Source: Promethearchaeia archaeon (lineage in GTDB: Archaea; Asgardarchaeota; Lokiarchaeia; Sigyniarchaeales; SOKP01). Taken from it: a stretch of 25,807 nt of DNA. Below the pieces are notes generated by a model that made no database searches, was not told where the DNA came from, and saw only the letters and a program-made list of their open reading frames with translations. This document shows, piece after piece, positions 17,010 to 25,807 of the stretch (its first letter is position 1; each line of letters begins with the position of its first letter). The DNA lies in contig JAWOFX010000155.1 in the NCBI GenBank assembly GCA_046497275.1, positions 1-25,807 of the forward strand. Direction: 5' to 3'. The position numbers were made by a program, and so were the translations under genes.

Positions 17010-18986
17010 TTATTTTATGGAATCAATCCATACCCTCATTTTTGTCCGACCTCTATTTGCCCATGCAAAATATGGAATTGCTGTAAAGGACTTACCAGAG
17101 GAAAGATCACCCTTAATGGTTAATATTCCTTCTAATAATGATGATTCAAACTCTGTTTTTAAATTAGGTTCCACTGCAATAGTTATATGGGGGAAACCAT
17201 TGTTTCTATTATCAAGATCCTCTAAACAATATACTAGCGGGCCATATTGAATATATTTCTTATCTATGGTCTGTTTCCTATTCCGAATGTCTGAAAATAG
17301 TCTTGGTTCCATATTTAAATTTATTCTCAAAATCTCATCCTCTTTCCATTTTCTTTTGATTTGTAAATATGACCTTACTTTTTTTCTCTCAACAATCTCT
17401 TCATCATTTAAATAAAGTTGTAAACTTTCACACCATTTTGGAACTCTTAAATACAAGGAGATTTCTTTATCCACTCTCGATATAAATTTAATTGAGACCT
17501 TGCCATTCCATGGAAATTGACTATTTTGTTTTATTTTAATAGAGGAGGAAAAATTTGAAGGGATATTAAGTTCACTTCCTATATATTGATGAACCCAAAT
17601 ACCACTTTTTGAAGTTGTATAGATATATTGTCCCAATTTAGGTATAATACGTATAAAATTAGTGGGACAACAAGGACATTTAAACCATTCTTTTCTTTCC
17701 TCCTCTCCATTAGAAATTAAGCAATTGTTATAAAAATATTTTTTTCCATCCAGAGACTGTCCTACTAGCATTGCATTATAGAGTAAATGCTCAATAAGAT
17801 CAGCATACTTGATCTTATTTGTAACCAGAAGTAATCTCCAATTCCACATAATATTTGCTATGGCTGCACATGTCTCAGAGTAGGAATTTTCTACTTTTAA
17901 ATCGAAATCCTTCCCAAATCCTTCAATTGCTTTGACAGATCCAGTCCCTCCTGTAATATACATTTTTGCTTTTACCATTTTTAGCCATATTAATTCCAGA
18001 GCACGGAGTAGCGTTTCATCCCCTGTTTCTGAATAGAGATCTGTAACTCCCGAATATAAGTATAAAGCTCTTACAGCATGACCAAAAGGTTCATAAGAAT
18101 CTCGTATAGATTTATTTAACTGGTAAATCTTTCCATTTAGATTTTGTTGAAGAAAGATAAGCCAATCTTTCAATGATAATGCTTCCAGAAATTCAGCAGA
18201 TTCTTCTTTTTCGAACTCTTTATTTCCTTTTTTTATAAGATACTCCTCTTTTATTTCATTTGAGATTCCAAAAGTCTTTATAGCATCAATTAATCTTCTC
18301 ATAACATAGGTTCTGAGATGAGGAATTTTTCCTCTTGTTTCTATAAGATGCTTACATAAATTCAAATAAGTGTCATTAGAGGTCTCTCGATATAATTTAA
18401 TTAATGCTAATTCGATTTCTGGATGTCCAGAAGTCTCATAAACCTTTGGATTTAGAAATCTTTTAACTAATAAATTAGCAAATTGTTTAGAGACTTTTAA
18501 AAGATTTCTTTTATCAAAAAACCCTTTCTCTGCCATAGCAGCTTCAATTAGATGACCTGTACAATACAATTCATGAAAAATTAATAGATTTGTAAAGCGC
18601 TTATTAAGAAAGTTAAGAGAATAATAAGTATTTAAATAACCATCATTTAATTGTGATTTTTTGATTAATTTAATAATATCTCTTATTTTATAAACTAATT
18701 CTTCAGATAGATCAAAATGAATTGTAAAATATAGCGCCCCCTCTAAAAATTTATAGAGATCAGAATCATAATAAAAATCTCCTCTATGAATACCTTTCTT
18801 CTCTCCTGCAGCAATGCGAAAATTATCAATATGATGATTTTCCTCTAATTTCCTAAACATTAAAGGTAATGAGATATTCTTATTGATTTCTTGTCGCTCT
18901 GACCAAAAAGAATCTGTGATCTTAACATATTTGAGTGGAATAGCAGATAATTTATTGTATGGACGAATATCAAACGTATTTACCAT
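17010..18986 (-). CDS. Glycoside hydrolase family 127 (beta-L-arabinofuranosidase-like, DUF1680)
   Basis: DSDLYKFLEG, HELYCTGHLIEAA, GHPEIELALIKLY, GHAVRALYL, EGFG, YSETCAAI and CPCCPTN (Zn/Cys-nucleophile site as in HypBA1). Confidence 0.92.
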   Translation of the reverse strand: MVNTFDIRPYNKLSAIPLKYVKITDSFWSERQEINKNISLPLMFRKLEENHHIDNFRIAAGEKKGIHRGDFYYDSDLYKFLEGALYFTIHFDLSEELVYKIRDIIKLIKKSQLNDGYLNTYYSLNFLNKRFTNLLIFHELYCTGHLIEAAMAEKGFFDKRNLLKVSKQFANLLVKRFLNPKVYETSGHPEIELALIKLYRETSNDTYLNLCKHLIETRGKIPHLRTYVMRRLIDAIKTFGISNEIKEEYLIKKGNKEFEKEESAEFLEALSLKDWLIFLQQNLNGKIYQLNKSIRDSYEPFGHAVRALYLYSGVTDLYSETGDETLLRALELIWLKMVKAKMYITGGTGSVKAIEGFGKDFDLKVENSYSETCAAIANIMWNWRLLLVTNKIKYADLIEHLLYNAMLVGQSLDGKKYFYNNCLISNGEEERKEWFKCPCCPTNFIRIIPKLGQYIYTTSKSGIWVHQYIGSELNIPSNFSSSIKIKQNSQFPWNGKVSIKFISRVDKEISLYLRVPKWCESLQLYLNDEEIVERKKVRSYLQIKRKWKEDEILRINLNMEPRLFSDIRNRKQTIDKKYIQYGPLVYCLEDLDNRNNGFPHITIAVEPNLKTEFESSLLEGILTIKGDLSSGKSFTAIPYFAWANRGRTKMRVWIDSIK

Positions 18987-19043
18987 AGAATTAAAAATAT
19001 TATAAGAAATTTTAAATATTTTATTTTTCGAAAGAGAGAAAAA

Positions 19044-19739
19044 TTAATTTTCTCTATTCAGATATTTTTCATAATCATCATAGAGAAGATATAGAAGGGC
19101 TTCATCTTCTTCAATCTCTACAAAACGATCAGTTTCTTTTAAAAAGACATTATCTCTATAATCATCATTAACCGTGGAAACTTCACCGATTAAAACCTTG
19201 CCATTTCCTTTTTTCGGCCAGAATTTATGATAATGTCTTGGTTTTATGGTTATCGAATCTCCTGGTTTTAATTCAACGATACTGCCAGATTCAAGAGTTT
19301 TTCGCATTCCATCCATCGAAATAACGACGGGTGATTCTGCTAATTGATCATCTGCCGTTGTATTATACAATTGGATCAGTAAAATACCACCACCGCGATT
19401 GATAATATCCTCTATTTTTTGTATATGATGATGCATCGGTATCACTTGTTCTTCTTCCATTATCATCACCTTCTCACAATAAGTTTTAGTGCCTTTTGGG
19501 ATATATTTAAGATTACCATTTCTTAGAGTGAAATGAATAAGCCCAAAATCATGGAAATTTCCGCTTCCATAATCGGTAATATCCCACCCTAATTGATTGT
19601 CAATAATCTCATTAATCTCCTCACCTTTCGTCTTCCAATCCTCTAATTTCCAATATGCAAACTCAGGAAGATAAAATTTTTGTCCTTCAAAAAACTCAAG
19701 CGCTTGTTTCATTATTTCATTAATTTCAGATCTCTTCAT
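19044..19739 (-). CDS. D-lyxose/D-mannose-family ketol-isomerase (cupin, DUF1498 type)
   Basis: MKRSEIN, GWDITDYG, FTLRNG, YCEK, PMHHH..KIEDIINRGGG, HYHKFW and GEVSTVNDDYRDNVF motifs. Confidence 0.9.
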   Translation of the reverse strand: MKRSEINEIMKQALEFFEGQKFYLPEFAYWKLEDWKTKGEEINEIIDNQLGWDITDYGSGNFHDFGLIHFTLRNGNLKYIPKGTKTYCEKVMIMEEEQVIPMHHHIQKIEDIINRGGGILLIQLYNTTADDQLAESPVVISMDGMRKTLESGSIVELKPGDSITIKPRHYHKFWPKKGNGKVLIGEVSTVNDDYRDNVFLKETDRFVEIEEDEALLYLLYDDYEKYLNREN

Positions 19740-20055
19740 TTCTACATTATATGGAAATTTTTAGTTTATATATACCTTATGAGAGAGTTGTATTCGCATA
19801 TGTCATGAATTAGTTTTGATAATTTTAATTTTAAATCTAAGATTTTTATTATTGATTTAAATAGAGTTTTTTGTAAATTGTACTAGTTTTTCAGTCTATT
19901 TGGTAAGGCTAATAAAGCTGATTATTTTAAAAATAAATTATTTCCCAAACTTGACATAAAGATATTATAAAATCTCATCTGTTTCTATTTTATCCCATTA
20001 AACAATAATTCATAAACCTAATTCATTAAAAAAATAGTTGGAAAAAATTACAAAT

Positions 20056-20877
20056 TTAGGAAGATGATATCAAATTTTTTTCTAAAATTTTTTCAAGCTC
20101 TTTATCTGTAACATAGCCTTTATGTTGCATTATATTAATTATTTCATTTACCAATTCTGGTATAGATTTTGTCTCGTTAATTTGAGTATAAAGTGCATCG
20201 ATCGTATTATTAAGATCATTAATTTGTGCTATTTTAGCTTCCAGATCGGTTTCTAATTTGCCAATAATTTTATCTTTACTAACTATCGCACTATTTAAAT
20301 CGTTTTTAGTAATTTTAATCTGTTCATCTTTTACTTTTAACTCCTCCTTCAATCTTCCAATTTCCTTATTTGTTTCAGGAATCGTTTCATCTAAATGTTC
20401 AATAAGATTATCCAATCTCTGATTGATCTGAGAAATTTCCATCTTATCTGTTAAAAACTCATTTTTAGTCTTTGCTTTTAATTTTCCCATTTCAAATTTA
20501 AGATCTTCAATTTCCTCTCCTATTTTATCTACAGATCCAGGCGGAAAATACAATTCTCCGTTTTTTGGTTTCTGTTTATTTTTGCTTTCTAACGATGGAC
20601 CTAAATAATACTCAAGCTCTTTTTGCTTGTTTCGTAATTTTTCCTCTTTCTCTTCTAATTGATGTTTTAAGTTATCTATTCTTGCGATTAAATTTTCTTC
20701 TTTTTGATTCGCTCTATCAATGATTTCCCTAAAACTTTCTTCAGTAGCCTCATATTTTTTTTTTACTAACTCTACCCGTTTATCAGAATTTTCCATATTT
20801 GCTTCTAATTCTTCGATTCTTTCCTTAAGTTTCAATAGATCTTTTCCTTCTATTTTCTGTTTACTATTAGGTTTCAT
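20056..20877 (-). CDS. Long coiled-coil protein, paralogue A
   Basis: K/E/L-rich heptad pattern over most of its length. Shares ETIPETNKEI.RLKE, KDEQI and DLEAKI..INDLNNT.DALYTQ with the neighbouring ORF. Confidence 0.8.
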   Translation of the reverse strand: MKPNSKQKIEGKDLLKLKERIEELEANMENSDKRVELVKKKYEATEESFREIIDRANQKEENLIARIDNLKHQLEEKEEKLRNKQKELEYYLGPSLESKNKQKPKNGELYFPPGSVDKIGEEIEDLKFEMGKLKAKTKNEFLTDKMEISQINQRLDNLIEHLDETIPETNKEIGRLKEELKVKDEQIKITKNDLNSAIVSKDKIIGKLETDLEAKIAQINDLNNTIDALYTQINETKSIPELVNEIINIMQHKGYVTDKELEKILEKNLISSS

Positions 20878-21179
20878 TAAAGCCTTTTCCCAATCTATCG
20901 TTATATAAAATCACCCTGATATTTTCATATACTTAACAAAATATATATTCTATAAACTAAAATTATTGAATTTATGCTTATAAATTTTTATGATCCTTGA
21001 ATTTTTTTAAAAGTTTGTTGTAAATCATTAAGAAGAGATGTAGGATCATACCTATTTTATTCATTACTAATACTCAGATAAAAATGAAATAAAAGAGAGA
21101 GTTCTATTATGCTATTATTTTACTTACCTGTTTTTCATAAGTTTAAAAATAGTTAGAGGAAGAGTGTTTAATTAATAGA

Positions 21180-22037
21180 TTAATTTTGTTGTTCCATTCT
21201 TTTCTCTAAGATTTCTTTTAACTCTTTTTCAGTGATGGATCCATTTTCTTTAATAAAATTTTTAATCTTTCGAATAATTTTAGGAATATTTTTAAATTCT
21301 GACATTTGTGTGTAAAGTGCATCAACAGTGTTATTTAAATCATTAATTTCTTCTATTTTTGCTTCAAGATCTTTTTCCAATTTTTCAATAATACTGTCTT
21401 TAGTTATTATTGCTTCATCTAAATTCTCTTTTGTTATTCGGATTTGTTCATCTTTCACCATTAAATCCTCCTTTAATCTCTCAATTTCTTTGTTTGTTTC
21501 AGGTATGGTTTCTTCAAAAATACTAATAAGATTATCCAAACGCTCATTAACTTGAGATATTTCGTATTTATTAATCTTAAATTCATTAAAATGAGTTAAT
21601 TTTAATTCATCAACTTCATTTCGAAGATTATTAAATTCGCCGAATACATTGTCAAATCCCTTCATATAGCTCCCAATAACTCCTTCTTCTGTTATTTCTT
21701 CGCCCTGAATTTCTGCAGAACCACCGAATACATTAGCCAATCTTTTTTGTTGTTTTTGTATTTGAGTTTCTGCTCTCTCTAGTTTCTCTTGTAATAAAGA
21801 GATTTTTATCTTTAGGTTTTTTTCGGCTAATTCGGCTTTATTGATAATATCCTTAAAACTTGATTCTGTTGTTTTTAACTTTTCTTCCAAGATTAATATC
21901 TTTTCATCTTTCTTAAAATTCTGTTCTTCTAATTTAGAAATCCTCTCTCTCAAATCTAATAATTCTCTTCCACTTACTTTTTGTTTGGATTTTGGACTCC
22001 CTTCCGCTTTTCTCCAATTTATACTAATTCTACTCAC
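21180..22037 (-). CDS. Long coiled-coil protein, paralogue B
   Basis: Same architecture and conserved blocks as 20056..20877; GTG start. Confidence 0.8.
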   Translation of the reverse strand: MSRISINWRKAEGSPKSKQKVSGRELLDLRERISKLEEQNFKKDEKILILEEKLKTTESSFKDIINKAELAEKNLKIKISLLQEKLERAETQIQKQQKRLANVFGGSAEIQGEEITEEGVIGSYMKGFDNVFGEFNNLRNEVDELKLTHFNEFKINKYEISQVNERLDNLISIFEETIPETNKEIERLKEDLMVKDEQIRITKENLDEAIITKDSIIEKLEKDLEAKIEEINDLNNTVDALYTQMSEFKNIPKIIRKIKNFIKENGSITEKELKEILEKRMEQQN

Positions 22038-22376
22038 CGAGTTTATTAATTAAATAGATCACTTTTTAAATGACCTTTTAGTAATATTCTATATTTCATG
22101 TAAGTTTTTAAATTTTTATCAAATAAAAAAAAGAATTTCAAGGAAATTGTTTATTGAGAGTTATTTAAAACCCCCTTTATATATCAAGTAAAAAAACTCT
22201 GAAATTGTGTGAGATTAAATTCAGAGCTTACTTAAAAACCTTCAAACATATTTTAATCTTTTACCTTCTCTTCCATATAATTAACCTCGAATTACCAATT
22301 CTGCTCAATTACTAGAAAGTAACTATCATCGGATCTAGAACATCATTACTCCATATAAAGTTTTCATCAGATCATA

Positions 22377-22391
22377 TAGTGAACTTCACTA
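22377..22391. promoter_or_regulatory. Palindrome TAGTGAA-C-TTCACTA, candidate transcription-factor operator in the divergent coiled-coil/histone intergenic region
   Basis: Perfect 7-bp inverted repeat with a 1-nt spacer, lying downstream of a TATA-like ATATAAAG (22353-22360). The regulatory function is inferred. Confidence 0.35.
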
Positions 22392-22579
22392 GTAAAAAAT
22401 TTTTTTTCTATCAATGAGTAAGTTTTTTGTCGAATAAAATGTATTAATTTTATTGCTCAGATCAACCAACACATTTATATATAAGAAATACTAATTTAAA
22501 TATAAGATAGTAAATTTAATCCTATCTTTACACAATAAAATTAAAAAAATAAACAAAATTAGTGGAGGAATGAATAAAA

Positions 22580-22789
22580 ATGGGAGCGTTCGCCTGGAGC
22601 CCACTCAGGGCTTTAATGAAAGATGCTGGAGCCGAAATCGTAAGTAGAGCAGCAGTAGACAAATTAATGGACTTCTTAGAAGGATATGCGAAGAATTTAA
22701 CTGATTGTGCGCTTGATATCGCTAAACATTCTGGAAGAAAGAAAGTTACAGCTAACGATATGAAGATAGCCATTGATTTGGTTGAATAG
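22580..22789 (+). CDS. Archaeal histone (HMf-like single histone fold), variant
   Basis: Aligns with HMfB without gaps: MKDAGAE.VS, AKHSGRKKV.A.D. GGAGG Shine-Dalgarno at 22564-22568. Confidence 0.93.
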   Translation: MGAFAWSPLRALMKDAGAEIVSRAAVDKLMDFLEGYAKNLTDCALDIAKHSGRKKVTANDMKIAIDLVE

Positions 22790-22838
22790 ATTAACCGAAA
22801 TAACTTTTCCAGCATTTTTAAATCTATAAAAATTACAT

Positions 22839-22857
22839 TTCTTTTTCTTTTTTTCTT
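22839..22857 (+). terminator. Oligo-T tract, candidate archaeal intrinsic terminator of the histone gene
   Basis: TTTCTTTTTCTTTTTTTCTT-like U-rich run about 50 nt after the histone stop codon. Confidence 0.4.
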
Positions 22858-22990
22858 AATTCCTTATTTCTAATTTCAATTTTATTAGTTTATCTTAGAG
22901 AAAACAAAATAGTGTAATAGAAATAATAAGATTCTCTGAACTAAATAGAAAAAAAATTTTTAGAATTAATCAACAAATTAAAAACAATAT

Positions 22991-23275
22991 TTACCGAAAT
23001 TCTTCAGCCTCTACAACCTGCATTTCTGCAATAGATTCAATTCCTATTCCTTTAACATTTTCATCCCATACTTTTCTGATTGACTCTGCATCTTTTGCAT
23101 TCCATTCGCAATATAATTTTTCATGATCTAATACTGCCCATGTTCTTACCCAATATGCGTCAAAATCACATGCTTTTCTCATTTTAATAATCATTCTATT
23201 TTGTTCTGGAGGAATTTGTTGCATCTGTTCTAGTTGTGCTCTTGGTATAGGATGAGTTACAATAAATTTTGGCAT
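22991..23275 (-). CDS. DUF4242-like small alpha/beta protein
   Basis: MPKFIVTH and WVRTW....EKLYCEWNAKDAESIRK resemble the DUF4242 pattern. Recognised from memory, not from a search. Confidence 0.55.
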   Translation of the reverse strand: MPKFIVTHPIPRAQLEQMQQIPPEQNRMIIKMRKACDFDAYWVRTWAVLDHEKLYCEWNAKDAESIRKVWDENVKGIGIESIAEMQVVEAEEFR

Positions 23276-23476
23276 TTCATATCCTCTCTATTAGTATTTT
23301 TCTATCTAAATTTTATTATTGAATTTCTATGAAAATAAATGTATTATACAAATATGTCAAGTTATTATTTATATATATCTATAATATATCCAAGATTAAC
23401 CTCTATCCTAATTTTTATTAATAGTTTTTAACACATTATTAATTTATTAATTCAATATTAAATAGGGGATACTAGT

Positions 23477-23923
23477 ATGGAAGAATTAAATGAGGAAGAT
23501 TTACCGAAAAATCCAATTGAAGCTCAAGGAATGTTAATCAAGGCAATTTATAAAAAATTCGGGAAAGAATCTTTACCGATTATAAAGGAAATATGTAAGC
23601 GGCAAGGGAGGGCTCTTGGATTAAAAATCAAGAAGAAGATTTCGGATAATAAACTTTCGACCGTTGCATACGCATTTTCGAAAAGTTATAACCCTAATGA
23701 TATAAATGTTGTTTCTGTTTCTGACGAAAAATTTCAAATTCAAGGAACGAAATGTCCTTTTGGGTTGGAAAACACGTCGAGAGAATTATGTGAGGCAGTT
23801 ATGGAAATTGATCATGAATATTTTCGGACAGCAGTAGATAAAAATATCGAATTAAAAATAATAAAAACGGTTGCTGCTGGAGATTCTCACTGTGATACTA
23901 TTTACGAATTAAAACTTGAATAA
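23477..23923 (+). CDS. L-2-amino-thiazoline-4-carboxylate hydrolase-like / V4R-type small ligand-binding protein
   Basis: KCPF, LCEAVMEID and KTVAAGDSHCD Cys pattern; GGGGA RBS-like sequence upstream. Confidence 0.65.
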   Translation: MEELNEEDLPKNPIEAQGMLIKAIYKKFGKESLPIIKEICKRQGRALGLKIKKKISDNKLSTVAYAFSKSYNPNDINVVSVSDEKFQIQGTKCPFGLENTSRELCEAVMEIDHEYFRTAVDKNIELKIIKTVAAGDSHCDTIYELKLE

Positions 23924-24034
23924 GATAGAAATAGAGAGATCTAGAAGTATTTATTTTTCTCTTTTAATGAAAAGCTATTTATTTTAATGATGAAAATATT
24001 ATTAATATTTAAAAATTTAGAGTAGAAAATAAAA

Positions 24035-25114
24035 ATGGTTGAGATATATCACGAGAAGGATGCTAAACTCTCACAATTAAAAGATAAGACAATAGCAATG
24101 ATAGGCTATGGTAATCAAGGGAGGGCACAAGCCTTAAATCTCAGAGATTCTGGTCTAAAAGTAATAGTGGGAAATCAAGAAGATGAATACAAGCAATACG
24201 CTATAGAAGATGGTTTTCCTACATATTCAATTGAAAATGCAGTTACGGAAGCAGACATCATCTTTATTTTAATTCCTGATGAAATTATGGATGAAGTTTT
24301 TGAAAATACCATTAAACCGAATTTAAGCGAGGGAAATGCGATTGTATTTGCAAGTGGATATAATGTGGGATTTGGATTACTTGAGATCCCAAAGTCCATT
24401 GACGTACTTTTATTGGCTCCTAGAATGATCGGCGTGGGGGTACGAGAGAAATTTCTAGATGAGGAAGGTTTCTTTAGTTTTATTGCGGTGAATCAAGATG
24501 TGTCGGGTAATGCGATGGATATATTGTTAGCTTTGGCAAAAGGAATAGGTACCTTGAAAAAAGGAGCAATTAAATTGACCTTCAAGCAAGAGGCGGAATT
24601 GGACTTATTTAATGAACAAGGATTTGGACCTGCTTTTGGAAGAGTATTACTCACAGCAATTTACACTCTATTAGATGCGGGTTATCCTCCGGAAGCTGTT
24701 TTAATTGAGATGTATATGTCTGGTGAAATGTCCTATACCTATCAAGCGATGGCAAAAGTGGGATTAGTGAAACAGGTTGGGTTTCATTCACAAACTAGTC
24801 AATATGGCTCTATGAGCCGTGGAATTAGATTTCGTAAATTGCCCTTACGACCAAAAATGGAGGAGATCTTAAAAGAAATTCAGAGCGGAGAGTTTACAGA
24901 AGAATGGGAAAAGGCTATCTCAAAATTAAAATTTAAGGTTATTAAGTTTTTCGCTACCAAACAAAAAATAAACAGAGTTGAAAACCAAGTTAGAGAGAAT
25001 TTAGGCTTAAAAACATATGATATTTATGATGAGGAACCACCCACTAAGGAACAAATTGATAAGTTAAAAAAAATTGATGAAGAACTCAAAAAATTCGAAA
25101 AATATTATCAATGA
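24035..25114 (+). CDS. ilvC: Ketol-acid reductoisomerase (class I), divergent clade
   Basis: IAMIGYGNQGRAQALNLRDSG, LIPDE, FASGYN, APRMIG, EAELDLFNEQ and SQTSQYG motifs. Confidence 0.85.
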   Translation: MVEIYHEKDAKLSQLKDKTIAMIGYGNQGRAQALNLRDSGLKVIVGNQEDEYKQYAIEDGFPTYSIENAVTEADIIFILIPDEIMDEVFENTIKPNLSEGNAIVFASGYNVGFGLLEIPKSIDVLLLAPRMIGVGVREKFLDEEGFFSFIAVNQDVSGNAMDILLALAKGIGTLKKGAIKLTFKQEAELDLFNEQGFGPAFGRVLLTAIYTLLDAGYPPEAVLIEMYMSGEMSYTYQAMAKVGLVKQVGFHSQTSQYGSMSRGIRFRKLPLRPKMEEILKEIQSGEFTEEWEKAISKLKFKVIKFFATKQKINRVENQVRENLGLKTYDIYDEEPPTKEQIDKLKKIDEELKKFEKYYQ

Positions 25115-25148
25115 ACAAAATCTCATTCAATTTCTTTTTTAGTATGGA

Positions 25149-25769
25149 TTAATTTGTATTTTCAGTTTTATTTTTCCCGTTATCGTGAATTAATTCTATC
25201 GAACACTTATAACAATATTTCGGAACAGAATTATATTCAGTTCCACAATTTGGACAAACATATCTCGTGGTTTGAATAACTTTTTCTAAATCTGCAAGCT
25301 GTGCATCTATATTCGGTTCTGTAAGCTTTTTTGCTATGAATGAAAATACTATTGAGATCAGACCGATAATAATAGTTATTATTACAGTATTTAGCATTAA
25401 TCCCCAAACTTCATTATTAAAAAAGATAGGTGAATATCGAGATAAAAATACATAAAAAAAGAAATTTAAGAAAAATATTAGTTTTAAATTAGCTATAAGC
25501 GCGGGGCGTATTTCTCTAAAAATTATTATAGGAATAAATGATACTAGAATCCAAAATCCATTAACAAATAAAAAACTGTCCAAATCCTTAAATTGAATAA
25601 AATTTGCTAAAAATTGGATTATCATTTTTCTCTCTTCACTAATACTCGCATCAAAATCAATTTGGTAAACGTAATTAAATCCATATATAAATAGAGTGAG
25701 AATTATAAATTGAACTAGAAAAATTAGAATCTTACTTCGCACAATTTTTCCATATACTTCCTTGACCAT
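25149..25769 (-). CDS. Membrane protein (about 4 TM) with a C-terminal zinc ribbon
   Basis: Hydrophobic helices followed by CPNCGTEYNSVPKYCYKC. Confidence 0.7.
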   Translation of the reverse strand: MVKEVYGKIVRSKILIFLVQFIILTLFIYGFNYVYQIDFDASISEERKMIIQFLANFIQFKDLDSFLFVNGFWILVSFIPIIIFREIRPALIANLKLIFFLNFFFYVFLSRYSPIFFNNEVWGLMLNTVIITIIIGLISIVFSFIAKKLTEPNIDAQLADLEKVIQTTRYVCPNCGTEYNSVPKYCYKCSIELIHDNGKNKTENTN

Positions 25770-25807
25770 TATTCTATTAAGAATTTATAATCAATTAAAT
25801 TCTTCTA

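Noticed and set aside
1981-25114. Other short nested or antisense ORFs (1981-2211, 3632-3871, 3995-4198, 7598-7924, 10310-10495, 14877-15077, 16334-16579, 17017-17250, 20720-20908, 21328-21555, 21841-22053, 22528-22815, 24175-24399)
   Set aside because: All overlap longer genes with clear family motifs and look like off-frame or antisense translations.
1-25807. CRISPR arrays, tRNA/rRNA genes, transposases, integrases
   Set aside because: No regularly spaced repeats, GC-rich cloverleaf segments, or transposase/integrase motifs were seen by eye. A tRNAscan-SE/Infernal run would be needed to exclude small ncRNAs in the intergenic regions.

Overview
This is an AT-rich archaeal chromosomal window, most likely from an Asgard archaeon of the Lokiarchaeia type. 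The evidence is archaeal information-processing genes together with a Rab-like small GTPase, a Roadblock/LC7-domain protein, an HMf-type histone variant and long coiled-coil proteins; the taxon is inferred, not database-verified. It contains about 24 protein-coding genes and no recognisable rRNA, tRNA, CRISPR array or mobile element. The core is the conserved archaeal cluster pus10-rpl21e-rpo4(rpoF)-DUF655-ksgA/rsmA-hemK (8756-13293), flanked by carbohydrate genes (GH57, GPH-type MFS, GH127, D-lyxose-type isomerase), nurA, an ADP-forming acyl-CoA synthetase alpha subunit, an ilvC-like gene and several zinc-ribbon or membrane proteins. The standout observation is the cold-shock protein gene (8321-8595, minus strand), which the ORF track truncates. 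It is interrupted by a 29-nt frame-breaking insertion (8514-8542) that folds as a bulge-helix-bulge-type splice substrate. Cutting at the standard positions in the two 3-nt bulges removes exactly 29 nt and restores KWFDYR-KGYGFI, which makes it a candidate tRNA-endonuclease-type mRNA intron in an Asgard protein-coding gene. Secondary observations are an apparent AUA start for hemK, a probable pseudo-protease of the CPBP family, a histone with altered DNA-contact residues, tandem coiled-coil paralogues with oppositely charged hinges and a possibly NADH-type KARI.
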